Part shown: in pieces, positions 10,289 through 20,943 of the stretch
How positions within the stretch are numbered: position 1 is the stretch's first letter
Layout: each line of letters opens with the position of its first letter
Source of the DNA: Elainellales cyanobacterium
GTDB taxonomy: Bacteria > Cyanobacteriota > Cyanobacteriia > Elainellales > Elainellaceae
Direction of reading: 5' to 3'
DNA: 64,000 bases
NCBI GenBank assembly: GCA_041742695.1
Contig: JBGTOF010000299.1
Span: 2,873 to 66,872 of the forward strand
Notes under the pieces: generated by a model
Database searches by the model: none
The model's input: the letters and a program-made list of their open reading frames with translations, nothing else
Told to the model about the DNA's origin: nothing
Program-made: the position numbers and the translations under genes

Positions 10289-10504
10289 CTACAGCTTGGG
10301 CTTGAGATAGACCAGAGCGGTACGCCACACAACCGTGGGCTGATCATAATGATCCATCAAGCAAAGGCAATGGGCATCTTGCCAGCGAATCTTCCCGGTT
10401 AATAAATCATTGGTGATGAGCTTCAGCTCAACCTCGGTTTCTTCGCGAATGACGGTTTGAATTTGTCGAATGCTGGGCAGCCCTGTATCCAGTTCAGTTG
10501 TCAT
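10289..10504 (-). CDS. hfq: Cyanobacterial Hfq
   Basis: LDTGLPSIRQIQ...GKIRWQD signature; 71 aa Sm fold. Confidence 0.9.
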   Translation of the reverse strand: MTTELDTGLPSIRQIQTVIREETEVELKLITNDLLTGKIRWQDAHCLCLMDHYDQPTVVWRTALVYLKPKL

Positions 10505-11261
10505 AGGTTCTACTCAGAATTGGTGACATGTACGGTTCTACGTTTTGAGGGGCAGTCGGCGTGGATTTGCCCGTTGTCTGTATCCTACCCCGCTTAAGCT
10601 TCGGGAGTGCATACTCAGGTGCTCTCGCTAGATGGTCTAGAGACCTGTCATACCAAATCCGAATCCCATCCCCCGATTCCACAAAAGCGATCTAAACCCG
10701 TTCTGCAGGAAGCCGCCGCGTCCACTGCCGCACTAGTCCGCACGAGACAGGTGGTTTTGCCCATGCCACCCTTGCCACTTACCCAGATCAACTGCCTTTC
10801 ATCAAACCCCTGCATGCCCAAACTCTCATTAAAAAATCGTTAGGATGTCACGCATCTGGCCTGGAACCAGTCGTGGTGGGGTTAGTGTTCCCTAGGGTAT
10901 GGAGACCTGTGATAGAGTTCCGGGCTGGTGGGCATGTTGAGTGTAAATCTTAGTGATCGGTGCAAGACCATAGATTCACATCGATTAAGGTTTAGACCGA
11001 ATTGAGATGGAACGCGCAAGGATGCGCCGGGTAAGGAGATCGATCCGTAAACAGTACTAGGACACCATCCCGCTTTCTCCGGTTAGAGTTTGATTCAGAC
11101 TGTGTCCCGCATGGGTAGAGTGTCGTTCTTCCTTACCCACATGAGTCAATAGTCAGTAACCCAGAATGGTCATTCGACGGTTGTTGTTCCCTCTCCCCTG
11201 TTTCCTGTCTCCGGCTTCTTGTTCCCTTGCTGCATGTCTACCTCACCTTGGATTTTGCATT

Positions 11262-11993
11262 ATGTATCATCTCTCTCAGTTTTCACTCAAGGCCATGACC
11301 GAGTGTGGCGCGGCGCTCCGCAAACTTGGCCACGAAGCCGAGTCTATGGAAGATGCCGCTGCGCAGATCGTGCATTTTCTGTATGACCAGTTCCGCAATG
11401 CAGAGACGGGCGATCGCTCCTTTGCGATGGTGCGGTTGTTCAAAACTCATAACTTTGGAGAGTTGACGGACGACCTCCAGCAGTTTGTGCAATCCATGTT
11501 GGGGGATGATCCGGCCTCAGACCAAATGAAGTGCTTGACTCTGATGAGCACCGTGGGCGATCGCCCAGAATGGTGCAGTCGCGCCTACTCACAAGGGCAT
11601 CAGTCTATCCCCCTTGTGAGCGAACATATGGTGGAGCAAATTCCGATGATTTCTCGCTTGATCCATCAATTTGGCCTAGATTTGAGCAGCGTGCTGGCCC
11701 CTACCCCAGACCTAATTATGGATTTAAGACAGCGCACCTTTAACGTGTTTCATGTGCCCGAGGCGCTGGGTAACCCCTATGTGCCAGCACAGGCTGAGTT
11801 TGTAGCCCCGGTCGGAGTTCAGTCAGTCTTGGGGTTTGGGGGCATGCTGCCTTCGGGTAACCTAATGGCAATTATCTTGTTTTCTAAAGACCCAATCTCG
11901 CGAGAAACAGCAGACCTGTTCAAGACTCTAGCGCTCAATACAAAAATGGCGCTGCTGCCATTTGACCGGGGTCGCGTGTTTGCTGCGGCGTAG
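11262..11993 (+). CDS. Hypothetical protein, probable stand-alone GAF-like sensor
   Basis: ATG at 11262; C-terminal VQSVLGFGGMLPSGNLMAIILFS...FKTLA pattern resembles a GAF end; 49 bp upstream of a histidine kinase. Confidence 0.6.
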   Translation: MYHLSQFSLKAMTECGAALRKLGHEAESMEDAAAQIVHFLYDQFRNAETGDRSFAMVRLFKTHNFGELTDDLQQFVQSMLGDDPASDQMKCLTLMSTVGDRPEWCSRAYSQGHQSIPLVSEHMVEQIPMISRLIHQFGLDLSSVLAPTPDLIMDLRQRTFNVFHVPEALGNPYVPAQAEFVAPVGVQSVLGFGGMLPSGNLMAIILFSKDPISRETADLFKTLALNTKMALLPFDRGRVFAAA

Positions 11994-12042
11994 GTCACCG
12001 GTATGGAGAACATTGACCTCTCTCGGTTTTGTTGATTAATAT

Positions 12043-13614
12043 ATGCAAAACTCTGCTGCTGAACTGCTGTTGCTGCGCGAACAGGTTGCCGCGCTAGAAG
12101 AACTGCTGGAGGTCTATGAGCAGGAAACCCGCGAAAAGTCAGAACGGCTAGAGCAAGCCCTGGCTGATTTGCAGGAGCATATGCGCCAGCTAGAACGCTC
12201 AGAAGCAGCGCTTCAAGTGCTGAAGTCGATTCTCGACAGCATGGGCGAGGGCGTGGTTGTGGCGGATGAGCAGGGACGGTTGCTGCTGGTGAATCCGGCG
12301 GCGCGGCAGGTGTTGGGGATTGCATCCACAGAGGAAACCCTAGCCGGTTGGGCTGCGCGCTGGCCCGATCACGCACTGGTCGATGCCGATGGAATGCCCT
12401 GCACGCTAGCGCAGTTTCCGCTATCGCGGGCGATCGCCGGAGACACGGTAGATGCAGCCGAGTTGCGTATTTGTGCCGCCTTACCCGCATGGGAAACCCC
12501 GCCGGATGGTACAACCCGCTCGTTGGCTGCTACGACTCCTGAACCGCTGGCGCCGTTAGAAGATGTGTGGCTAAGCGCTACCGCTCGCCCCATCTATACA
12601 GATCAACGGCAATTGCAGGGCGGCGTCGCTGTGTTTCATAACATTACGGCCATTAAGCACAGTGAGGCGGCGCTGCGCCAGTCAGACGGGCGATCGCGCC
12701 AGCAGGCCGAGCAGCTTCAGCACGCATTGCAAACGTTGCAAACCACCCAGGCGCAACTGGTGCAAACCGAGAAAATGTCGAGTCTGGGGCAAATGGTGGC
12801 GGGGGTAGCCCATGAAATCAACAACCCGGTTAGCTTTATTTATGGCAACATCTCCCCGGCCGAAAGCTACACCCGTGATTTGTTAGCCCTGCTGCGTCTC
12901 TATCAGCAGCATTATCCTCAACCTGCCCCGGCTATTCAGACCTTAGCTGAGACAATCGATATTGAGTTTATGCAGCAAGATTTTCCAAAAATCTTGTCAT
13001 CCATGCGAATCGGAGCTGAGCGAATTCAGCAAATTGTGCGATCGCTCCGCAACTTCTCGCGGCTGGATGAAGCCGCTATGAAACCCGTTGATATTCACGA
13101 CGGGATCGAAAACACGCTGCTGATTTTGCAGCATCGCTTTAAATCAGCGCGAGACACCATAGGGCTAACGTTGACGCGCGACTATGGCAGCCTGCCCACG
13201 GTAGAGTGCTTCGCAGGGCAAATGAACCAAGTGTTTATGAACATTCTCAGCAATGCGCTAGATGCGCTAGAAGAAGCGCATGAGAAGGGCTGGGAAGCCC
13301 CGACGCTGCCTACAATCCGAATTCGAACGGAATGTGTGGACGATGGGGCGATCGCCATCCGCATCCACAACAATGGGCCAGCGATTCCCCCCCCTGCTCG
13401 GGCTAAGCTGTTCGACCCCTTTTTTACCACCAAGCCCACGGGCAAAGGCACCGGGCTAGGGCTATATATTAGCTATCAAATCGTGGTAGATCGCCACCAG
13501 GGTCAACTTACCTGCACGTCTACACTGGGCAACACAGAATTCACCATCGAGATTCCTACCCTGTGCCAGCCCCATAAAGAATCATGGGCAGTATCCGCAG
13601 AATCGCGCCTCTAA
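12043..13614 (+). CDS. Cytoplasmic PAS-domain sensor histidine kinase
   Basis: PAS-like ILDSMGEGVVVAD; H-box AHEINNP; N-box, FDPFFTTK and GTGLGL motifs. Confidence 0.93.
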   Translation: MQNSAAELLLLREQVAALEELLEVYEQETREKSERLEQALADLQEHMRQLERSEAALQVLKSILDSMGEGVVVADEQGRLLLVNPAARQVLGIASTEETLAGWAARWPDHALVDADGMPCTLAQFPLSRAIAGDTVDAAELRICAALPAWETPPDGTTRSLAATTPEPLAPLEDVWLSATARPIYTDQRQLQGGVAVFHNITAIKHSEAALRQSDGRSRQQAEQLQHALQTLQTTQAQLVQTEKMSSLGQMVAGVAHEINNPVSFIYGNISPAESYTRDLLALLRLYQQHYPQPAPAIQTLAETIDIEFMQQDFPKILSSMRIGAERIQQIVRSLRNFSRLDEAAMKPVDIHDGIENTLLILQHRFKSARDTIGLTLTRDYGSLPTVECFAGQMNQVFMNILSNALDALEEAHEKGWEAPTLPTIRIRTECVDDGAIAIRIHNNGPAIPPPARAKLFDPFFTTKPTGKGTGLGLYISYQIVVDRHQGQLTCTSTLGNTEFTIEIPTLCQPHKESWAVSAESRL

Positions 13615-13868
13615 AGCACCCGCACGGGGTTAGCGTCCAAGGAGATTCAGGTGTGGGCGACAACCCCGACACCAACACGCTGCACATTACGGCTGCTGAT
13701 TTTGAGGTTACATTGCAGGCACTTCAGACCCAAAAGCAGCGCCTACCGACTTCGCCATAACATTAGCTTGCTAGCTTAATTGACGCGCTAACTGGTGGTT
13801 ATAGTGTTTGTGTAAGATCCTCCCAATGCAGGAGCCTTACACAAACGCTTGCGCGGGTCAACTCAATA

Positions 13869-14070
13869 CCATTACGACAGCTGAATCAGGTAGGACAATT
13901 ACGGTCATGGAGCCCCTGCACAGTAGTGTCTCCAGGGCACCTCGATTAATTGCCTCATTGATAATCTTGGGAGCCCAGAACCACTGGAATCTCATTGCCA
14001 TTCTCAACAAGATTTGTATTTTTCGAGGTGCCCTCCACAACCATAAATCCTCAAACCAGCGCACCAAGCG
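13869..14070 (-). repeat. Repeat family 2 copy interrupted by a MITE
   Basis: Minus strand GCTTGGTGCGCTGGTTTGAG end; removing 13935-14037 restores the GGTTGTGGAG/CTCCATGACC hairpin. Confidence 0.7.
13935..14033. mobile_element. 99-bp MITE with 11-bp TIRs and 4-bp target-site duplication
   Basis: GGGCACCTCGA...TCGAGGTGCCC flanked by TCCA on both sides (13931-13934 and 14034-14037). Confidence 0.8.
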
Positions 14071-14420
14071 CTATGGCGTTCAATTCGAGATGATTTGAGC
14101 GCTTAGATTTTTTTTGCGTGCTGTGTATAAAGCCCTCAATCCTTAGGCCATCGCGCTGCAGCCGCTATTTTTCGATATGGGCTTCTCTACTTTTATTCGT
14201 CTATAATTTCTCTCCCTTGGGAGACGCAGTCCAAGCCCAGGTCTTGATAACCTTCGAAAGTATATGGGCATACCCAATACTTTTTTCGAGGCTGTAGAAA
14301 ACATGCCTTTTTATATCTGCCTAATGCGACTAGGCAGTCATAAAAAAGTTTGAACCAGCCATTAGCCGAAACGAATTACCTAGGTCTGCCCCTTGTTCTC
14401 CTTTCCTTTGGACTAATACG

Positions 14421-15533
14421 ATGAAAGCATCCGCCATTGTCTCGCTGTTTAAGGCAACCTTTAAGGAATGGACAGAAGATAAAGTCCCTCGATTGGCAGC
14501 GGCATTAGCTTACTTTACGATTTTTTCCTTAGCGCCCTTGCTCATTATTGCGATTTCGATCGCCGCGCTCTTTTTTGGAGAGGACGCCGCTAGGGGGCAG
14601 ATTGTGGGCCAAATACAAGGCTTGCTAGGCCCCGAAGGAGCCGAAGCCATTGAATCAATGATTGCCAATGCGAATCGTACCGAAGGAGGCATCGTTGCAA
14701 CCCTGGTGGGTCTTGTCACGCTTCTGTTTGGCGCTTCAGGAGTGTTTGGACAACTGCAGGATGCACTGAATACGATCTGGGAAGTAGCCCCCAAACCTGG
14801 ACAGGGTATTGTAAATTTCATTCGCACACGCTTTCTTTCCTTTGGAATGGTGTTGGTGATTGGATTTTTGCTGCTGGTATCGCTAGTGCTTAGCGCTTTG
14901 TTGGCGGGCATTGGCACCTATGTTGAGGGGGTGGCTCCCGGCCTTACCATTCTGTGGGAGGCTCTTAATTTTGTAATTTCGTTCGGCATTATCACCTGTT
15001 TATTTGCCCTAATTTATAAGGTGTTGCCTGATGTCCGGATTGCGTGGGGTGATGTGTGGGTCGGAGCAGCAGTCACGTCGCTGTTGTTTACGATTGGTCG
15101 TACCTTAATTGGCATTTACTTGGGCAGTGCTGCGGTCGGTTCTGCTTATGGGGCAGCGGGTTCTTTAGTGGTTGTGTTGTTGTGGGTCTTTTATTCGGCT
15201 CAAATCTTGCTGTTTGGGGCTGAGTTTACCCAAGTCTATGCCCATCGCTATGGCTCGCAAATTCGCCCTGCGTCTACGGCGGTACCGTTAACTGAAGAGG
15301 GGCGAGTTCAGCAGGGGATGCCTAGTCAGGAGTATGTAGAAGAGGTCGCCCAGTCTGAAGATGCGGCTGTTCGTACCTCAGATAGAGATAAGCCGTCACG
15401 CCGTCCCAGACGGACAGATGCGCCAACTTCGGCAGGGCGATCGCCCGATCGTTCACCTGGCTTAGTCGCCGTGATTTTAGGCTCAGTGGTGGCGATCGCC
15501 CAAGCCACCCGAAAAAAACGCCGTCGTCGCTAG
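14421..15533 (+). CDS. YihY/virulence factor BrkB family membrane protein
   Basis: AAALAYFTIFSLAP, ALNTIW and YGAAGSLVVVLLWVFYSAQILLFGAE motifs. Confidence 0.92.
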   Translation: MKASAIVSLFKATFKEWTEDKVPRLAAALAYFTIFSLAPLLIIAISIAALFFGEDAARGQIVGQIQGLLGPEGAEAIESMIANANRTEGGIVATLVGLVTLLFGASGVFGQLQDALNTIWEVAPKPGQGIVNFIRTRFLSFGMVLVIGFLLLVSLVLSALLAGIGTYVEGVAPGLTILWEALNFVISFGIITCLFALIYKVLPDVRIAWGDVWVGAAVTSLLFTIGRTLIGIYLGSAAVGSAYGAAGSLVVVLLWVFYSAQILLFGAEFTQVYAHRYGSQIRPASTAVPLTEEGRVQQGMPSQEYVEEVAQSEDAAVRTSDRDKPSRRPRRTDAPTSAGRSPDRSPGLVAVILGSVVAIAQATRKKRRRR

Positions 15534-15771
15534 TGTAAGGGTTAAGCGGCTCCCGTCTCTCACGTTAATGCTTAGATTGGTGAGGTTTTAGTAGAAGGGG
15601 CGATCGCTCGTACTCTGGCTGCTGTGCAGAATCAAACTACCTCACTCAATCATCAAAAAGAAGGCTCTAATCTTAATAGCTGTTGAACCTGTTGATGGGA
15701 CAAATATTAGGAGGTTTTGGGGAACTCTATTGAGTGTTATCCCTACTTTCTACGGAAACGACATCTTTTGC

Positions 15772-15870
15772 TAGCGTTGTTTCAGCTCCGCGCTGTAGGG
15801 CTGAAATAACGCAATATCGTTCTGGTCGCGTCGCGGCTAGAACGGCTTTTGCATGTTTTGAACTGTCATT
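15772..15870 (+). repeat. Repeat family 1 copy
   Basis: AGCGTTGTTTCAGCTCCGCGCTGTAGGGCTGAAATAACGC, near-identical to 31756-31795; ends TTGAACTGTCATT. Confidence 0.75.
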
Positions 15871-15981
15871 GAAGTCGATTAAATCTTGATTTTGATGCTG
15901 TTTGTAGTGCAAATGTCGAAGACTCAATGCTTGGCAAATTCAGACAACATACTTATCTATTTTATTAGCATAAAATAGATA

Positions 15982-16232
15982 ATGCCTACTGACCAGGATT
16001 TGGTTCCCTAGCAGGCGCTGGCTGCACTCATCGCAAGTTTTATGGCTCAAGGGCATCCTGAAGAATATGCCAAACATAGGGCGATCGCCACTATTTCCAG
16101 GCTGATTTAGAACTGCAAAATGCTCAACTGACTTGCTGGCTGGGCTGGCTGTAGCAAACGCACCCCGCTGTTTACTCCGACGCGCTGCACCTTCTTAGCG
16201 CTACCCGAACTGAGTTTGAGCAGCGGGTGTAA
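15982..16232 (+). pseudogene. Degraded small hypothetical gene
   Basis: MPTDQDLVP*QALAALIASFMAQGHPEEYAKHRAIATI / frameshift / FQADLELQNAQLTCWLGWL*QTHPAVYSDALHLLSATRTEFEQRV*. Confidence 0.55.
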
Positions 16233-16547
16233 GCCTAAGTAATCAATAAATCAACAGGTTTGGCTAGTGTCTAGAACCCTTGTGAATTTCATCCGTCAAA
16301 GGGTTTGCGCCCGTTGCTGTGCAGCTTTTTTGGGCGACGCATGAGGGATGGGAGAGCGTAAGAAAGCCCGCCACTTTATGTAAACCTCTGCAACAGGTTC
16401 TGGATTTTTCATTGGTAGCGCTGAATTAATAGTGGAAGGTCTGCATGAATGCGATTTCAATCGCGTAAGGGTGCGTGCGTCTACACCTCTCTAATCATTC
16501 ACGCAGAAGGTCTAGTTCATTCGCAATACCCGATTTGGAGAGCCCCC

Positions 16548-17531
16548 ATGCCCACGGATTACATGTTATTTGTTCATGGTGTTAAAACCCGCAGCGAGGA
16601 AGAATTCCGAAAGTCTGCGACGAAGTTGTCAGACGGCATCGCGTTAGGAATCAACAATCCCACTAGAACGGTGAAGCCTATTTGCTTCTTTTGGGGAGAT
16701 CAAAGCAAAGATGCGCAAGCTAAATTAGTTCAGGGGTTTAAGTATTCAGAAGATAAGTGGAACCAATTTTGGTTTCGAGATTTTCGCACTGAGCAGATCT
16801 TGGAGTTTGTGGGCGATGCCGCACTGTACCTCAGTCGTCATGTGGGGTCTAACGTTGTGCGGGCGTTTCATCAACAGGTGCTGCAAGATGGGCTGAAAGA
16901 CGCTAGTGCTGAGGCGGGCGATCGCCTGCATCTAATTACCCATAGCTGGGGCACCGTCATCCTGTTCGACATTCTGTTTGCCCGTCGCTGGGAAGACGAG
17001 GGGCTTGACCACGACAACAGCACCCGAGACATTCGCCAGTGCGTGCAGGATATTCGCAACACATTCTTTGGGTTAACGCCCAACCCAGGACAGGGCATCC
17101 CCCTTGCCAGCATTCATACGATGGGGTCGCCCATTGCCTTGTTCACCTTGCTTAAACTGACTGGGGAAAGCAGCCACGACCTTAGCCCCCGGCTGAACGA
17201 ATTGGTGAAAAACCTCTACGATTTGCGAAAGGGGAAACCGCTGCCCTGGCGCAATTTTGCTCATCCTGGCGACCCCATTGCCTATCCGCTAGAGGGCCTG
17301 TTGCCGCAGTTGCTGCAGCAGGGAGCGAGTCAAGAGTATGTACAGATTGAGGATGTGGTGCAGGGCGATCGCTTCCCGAACCGGTTGCACAATTTAGGGA
17401 ATCTGCTGCCCTTTACGCGTCAGCGCTTGCTTCCCGTACTCAGTGGGGGCGACGCCCACGGCAGCTATTGGGGCAGCGCAGCAGTAGCTCAGTCCATCGG
17501 CAGCGTCATTCAGACTTCGATGGACTCGTAG
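16548..17531 (+). CDS. Putative alpha/beta-hydrolase-fold protein
   Basis: LFVHGV, HLITHSWGT nucleophile elbow, TMGSP, GDPIA, AHGSYW. Confidence 0.65.
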   Translation: MPTDYMLFVHGVKTRSEEEFRKSATKLSDGIALGINNPTRTVKPICFFWGDQSKDAQAKLVQGFKYSEDKWNQFWFRDFRTEQILEFVGDAALYLSRHVGSNVVRAFHQQVLQDGLKDASAEAGDRLHLITHSWGTVILFDILFARRWEDEGLDHDNSTRDIRQCVQDIRNTFFGLTPNPGQGIPLASIHTMGSPIALFTLLKLTGESSHDLSPRLNELVKNLYDLRKGKPLPWRNFAHPGDPIAYPLEGLLPQLLQQGASQEYVQIEDVVQGDRFPNRLHNLGNLLPFTRQRLLPVLSGGDAHGSYWGSAAVAQSIGSVIQTSMDS

Positions 17532-17845
17532 GAGGAGCAAGGGCTACGCTTGCCATAGTTCAGTCAAAACAGAAATTCACGCTTTAGAATGGCAATTAGC
17601 CCAGGCGGGTGAATTCACCTTGGGTTCTGTATCTGCATACTAGAGCGAACACGCTATCGGGTCAGCGGCAGTTTTAAATTAACCAGAATCTAACCAGAAT
17701 CAGCCAGAGTTGTTGCGGCGCAGCGGCAGGGCCACTACGCCGCAAGGCTTTAGATTTAGTATTGAGACTGGTCTCAGACAGCACCGCATGCCGATAGCGT
17801 ATTTTGTTTTGTGACTATCCACTTAATCATGAGTTAAACCTTGCT

Positions 17846-19468
17846 ATGAACACCCCTGCTCAGTCTGACCGCATCCTCATCTTCGATACCACCCTCCGCG
17901 ATGGAGAGCAATCTCCGGGTGCCACCCTAAACGTGGACGAGAAGCTGGCGATCGCCCGTCAACTAGCACGACTGGGTGTAGACGTGATTGAGGCGGGATT
18001 TCCCTTTGCCAGCCCGGGCGACTTTGAGGCGGTGCAAAAAATTGCTGACCAAGTTGGCACGCCCGATGGCCCCACAATTTGCGGTTTGGCTCGCGCCACC
18101 AGACAAGATATCGAAGCAGCGGGCAAGGCGATTCAGCCTGCAGCGAAGGGGCGAATTCATACCTTCATTGCCACCTCCGATATTCACCTGGAATATAAGT
18201 TGCGCAAGACCCGTCAAGAAGTGTTGGAGATTGCGCCAGAGATGGTGGCCTATGCCAAAACGTTTACCGATGATGTGGAGTTTTCGCCAGAAGATGCTGG
18301 ACGGTCTGACCCAGAGTTTTTGTATGAGATGCTAGAGCGGGCGATCGCCGCTGGCGCTACGACCGTCAACATCCCCGATACGGTGGGATATTTGACCCCG
18401 AGCGAATTCGGCACGTTAATTAAAGGCATTAGAGATAATGTGCCGAACATCAACCAGGCCATCATCTCTGTTCATGGTCACAATGATTTGGGCTTGGCGG
18501 TTGCCAATTTCTTAGAAGCCGTGAAGAATGGCGCGCGTCAGCTGGAATGCACCATCAATGGCATTGGCGAACGGGCAGGCAATGCTGCACTCGAAGAATT
18601 GGTGATGGCGATGCATGTGCGGCGGTCGTTCTATAACCCTTACCTCGGACGTCCCGCAGAGTCGGAGGAGCCACTGACCAACATCGACACGCGCCAACTC
18701 TACAAAACCTCGCGCCTCGTATCAAACCTGACGGGAATGCTGGTGCAGCCCAATAAAGCCATCGTAGGTGCCAATGCCTTTGCCCATGAATCTGGGATTC
18801 ATCAAGATGGCGTGCTGAAGCACAAGCTCACCTACGAAATCATGGATGCTCAGTCCATTGGCCTTACCGACAATCAGATTGTGTTGGGCAAGCACTCAGG
18901 GCGCAACGCCTTCCGCACTCGCCTTAAGGAGTTGGGTCACGAAATAGCAGACCAAGAGCTAAACCGCGCTTTCTTGCGGTTTAAGGATCTGGCTGACAAG
19001 AAGAAGGACGTGACCGACTGGGATCTAGAAGCCATCGTCAACGATGAAGCCCAGCAGGTGCCAGACTTGTTCCGCCTAGAGCATTTGCAGGTGTCTTGCG
19101 GCGACCACGCCCGCCCTACCGCCACTGTGACGCTGCGCACGCCTGATGGTCAAGAGCTGACGGATGCGGCGATCGGCACTGGCCCAGTGGATGCAGTCTA
19201 CAAAGCTATTAACCGGGTGGTAGATATTCCCAATCAGCTGATTGAGTTCTCGGTGCAGTCTGTCACCGTCGGCATTGATGCGATTGGAGAGGTTACCATT
19301 CGCCTTAAGCATGAAGACCGCATGTTCGCGGGGCATGGGGCCAACACTGACATCATCGTGGCGTCAGCCCAGGCTTACATGAACGCCCTCAACCGCCTTT
19401 ATGCAAGTTTGCGAAACGGGCGATCGCTTCATCCTCAACATGATGAAGTTGCCTCAGCGGTAATGTAA
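17846..19468 (+). CDS. leuA: 2-isopropylmalate synthase
   Basis: [20 protein letters not shown] and GIGERAGN motifs; C-terminal regulatory domain. Confidence 0.97.
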   Translation: MNTPAQSDRILIFDTTLRDGEQSPGATLNVDEKLAIARQLARLGVDVIEAGFPFASPGDFEAVQKIADQVGTPDGPTICGLARATRQDIEAAGKAIQPAAKGRIHTFIATSDIHLEYKLRKTRQEVLEIAPEMVAYAKTFTDDVEFSPEDAGRSDPEFLYEMLERAIAAGATTVNIPDTVGYLTPSEFGTLIKGIRDNVPNINQAIISVHGHNDLGLAVANFLEAVKNGARQLECTINGIGERAGNAALEELVMAMHVRRSFYNPYLGRPAESEEPLTNIDTRQLYKTSRLVSNLTGMLVQPNKAIVGANAFAHESGIHQDGVLKHKLTYEIMDAQSIGLTDNQIVLGKHSGRNAFRTRLKELGHEIADQELNRAFLRFKDLADKKKDVTDWDLEAIVNDEAQQVPDLFRLEHLQVSCGDHARPTATVTLRTPDGQELTDAAIGTGPVDAVYKAINRVVDIPNQLIEFSVQSVTVGIDAIGEVTIRLKHEDRMFAGHGANTDIIVASAQAYMNALNRLYASLRNGRSLHPQHDEVASAVM

Positions 19469-19483
19469 ACATAACTGACAGTT

Positions 19484-19593
19484 AACGTTTGGCAAATACA
19501 TAAAACCGTTCTGCCCACAACGCGAGCAGAACGGTTTTATGTATTGTTTCAGCCCTATAGCGCAGAGTGAAACTACGCTATCGAACTTACATT
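19484..19593 (-). repeat. Repeat family 1 copy; its long hairpin may act as terminator
   Basis: AATACATAAAACCGTTCTGC/GCAGAACGGTTTTATGTATT stem plus TTTCAGCCCT...ACGCTATCGAACTTAC. Confidence 0.7.
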
Positions 19594-19626
19594 AATTTGA
19601 GCAATTAAGATGAGAGTACAATCCGT

Positions 19627-20550
19627 TTAGCGACGAATCCCTGACTGCTGCGCTCGCTGCATCAGCCGTTCTTCATATCGCTGAAGCAAACTGTGGTTTT
19701 GCGAGTTCATTTCGTACAGCGCTGGGTCTTGCCGATAGTCATACCCGTTGTTGTCAGTCGGCTCTCGCCCTGAAGCACCGGTGTTAGGCGGCATATAGGC
19801 TAGATTGTTAGGCTGCTGGTATTGCCCGGTCGGCGGCACAGGCTGCTGATTAGGAGGCTGCTGACTATAGGGTTGGGCAGGCACTTGTCTGGGCGCTTGT
19901 TCGGCAATGGGTTGCAGATTTTGACTCTGAGCCCCATAGGGTGGGCGCTGCTGCACCCGCTGCTGGTCGTAGCTAGCGGAAGGCGACGATGCAGGAGTAG
20001 TTGGATAGCCTACAGGCGGCTGGTTAGACGGATAACCCTGACCTTGCATGGAATGAGACGACGTGCTCTGGGGATAGTGCTGCTGCTCTGTCTGAGGATG
20101 AGCAGTAGCGCTACCGAACGGGGCATTGTTCATCGGCACGTTGCTAATAGGAGGAGACGATGCAGGCTGCTGATTTGCAGTTTGGGCATTGGGAGCAGGC
20201 TGATAGACGCCCCGCACTAGCGCTTCATAAGCATTGTCGATTTTCAAGCTTTCGCTAAATTCAGGCAAACGCTCGGCTTGCTCTTTGGTAAAGCCAACTG
20301 TATAAATACACTCACTGTTGCTATCAATGCGCGATCGCCCCACCGGGAGCAAAACCTTCTTGCCAAAGCCCCAAAAGCCTAGGTCAACAACCAGATAGCG
20401 AAAGTGACCCTCGTAGTCAACCAGCAGGTCGTGAACGCTACCAATTCTATTGTCGTCGATATCAGCGTAAACGCTTAATCCTTTGATATCTGATCCGCCA
20501 AATGTATCTTCGTAATGTGGATCAAAATCCTTAATTTTTATCAAAACCAT
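19627..20550 (-). CDS. PRC-barrel domain protein with Gln/Pro-rich linker
   Basis: IGSVHDLLVD...RYLVVDLGFWGFGKKVLLPVG PRC signature; low-complexity Q/P/Y middle. Confidence 0.88.
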   Translation of the reverse strand: MVLIKIKDFDPHYEDTFGGSDIKGLSVYADIDDNRIGSVHDLLVDYEGHFRYLVVDLGFWGFGKKVLLPVGRSRIDSNSECIYTVGFTKEQAERLPEFSESLKIDNAYEALVRGVYQPAPNAQTANQQPASSPPISNVPMNNAPFGSATAHPQTEQQHYPQSTSSHSMQGQGYPSNQPPVGYPTTPASSPSASYDQQRVQQRPPYGAQSQNLQPIAEQAPRQVPAQPYSQQPPNQQPVPPTGQYQQPNNLAYMPPNTGASGREPTDNNGYDYRQDPALYEMNSQNHSLLQRYEERLMQRAQQSGIRR

Positions 20551-20649
20551 CGAATAACGCTCCTACAGTCTTGTAGGTGTTTACACATCATCTGATGCGA
20601 TCGTTGAGTACAATCGCATCAGATGAAAAACTGCATTAACTAACTCGCT

Positions 20650-20943
20650 CTATCGGCGATAGTCAGGTTGAGCAGGTGCATCAGGCTCACGATAGACAGC
20701 AGGGCCCGTATTGTTGTTGCGCTGATCTTTACCGGCTAAGCCAGCTAAGCCCAATAGACCAATCAAGCCCAACCAACCCCAGTCAAATCCGTCTTCTTCT
20801 TCTTCACCAAATGTTTCGCCTGTCTCTGTTCCCACAGGGGCATTTGCTTCTTGAGAGATAGCAGGCAGAGTCATCGGGGCGATCGCTAGTCCTAACGACA
20901 GCACTCCAACACTCATCAATCGATACAATGCTAAGCGTTTCAT
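20650..20943 (-). CDS. Small secreted protein with WGxxGxxG C-terminal membrane motif
   Basis: Signal peptide, acidic stretch, FDWGWLGLIGLLGLAGLAG. Confidence 0.85.
   Translation of the reverse strand: MKRLALYRLMSVGVLSLGLAIAPMTLPAISQEANAPVGTETGETFGEEEEDGFDWGWLGLIGLLGLAGLAGKDQRNNNTGPAVYREPDAPAQPDYRR

Noticed and set aside
11819-12514. 231-aa minus-strand ORF
   Set aside because: Antisense to well-supported genes, with the Arg/Pro/Ala-biased composition typical of shadow ORFs
13808-14098. ORFs 13808-14098 (+) and 13858-14067 (-)
   Set aside because: They run across nested repeat elements and have no protein-like motifs
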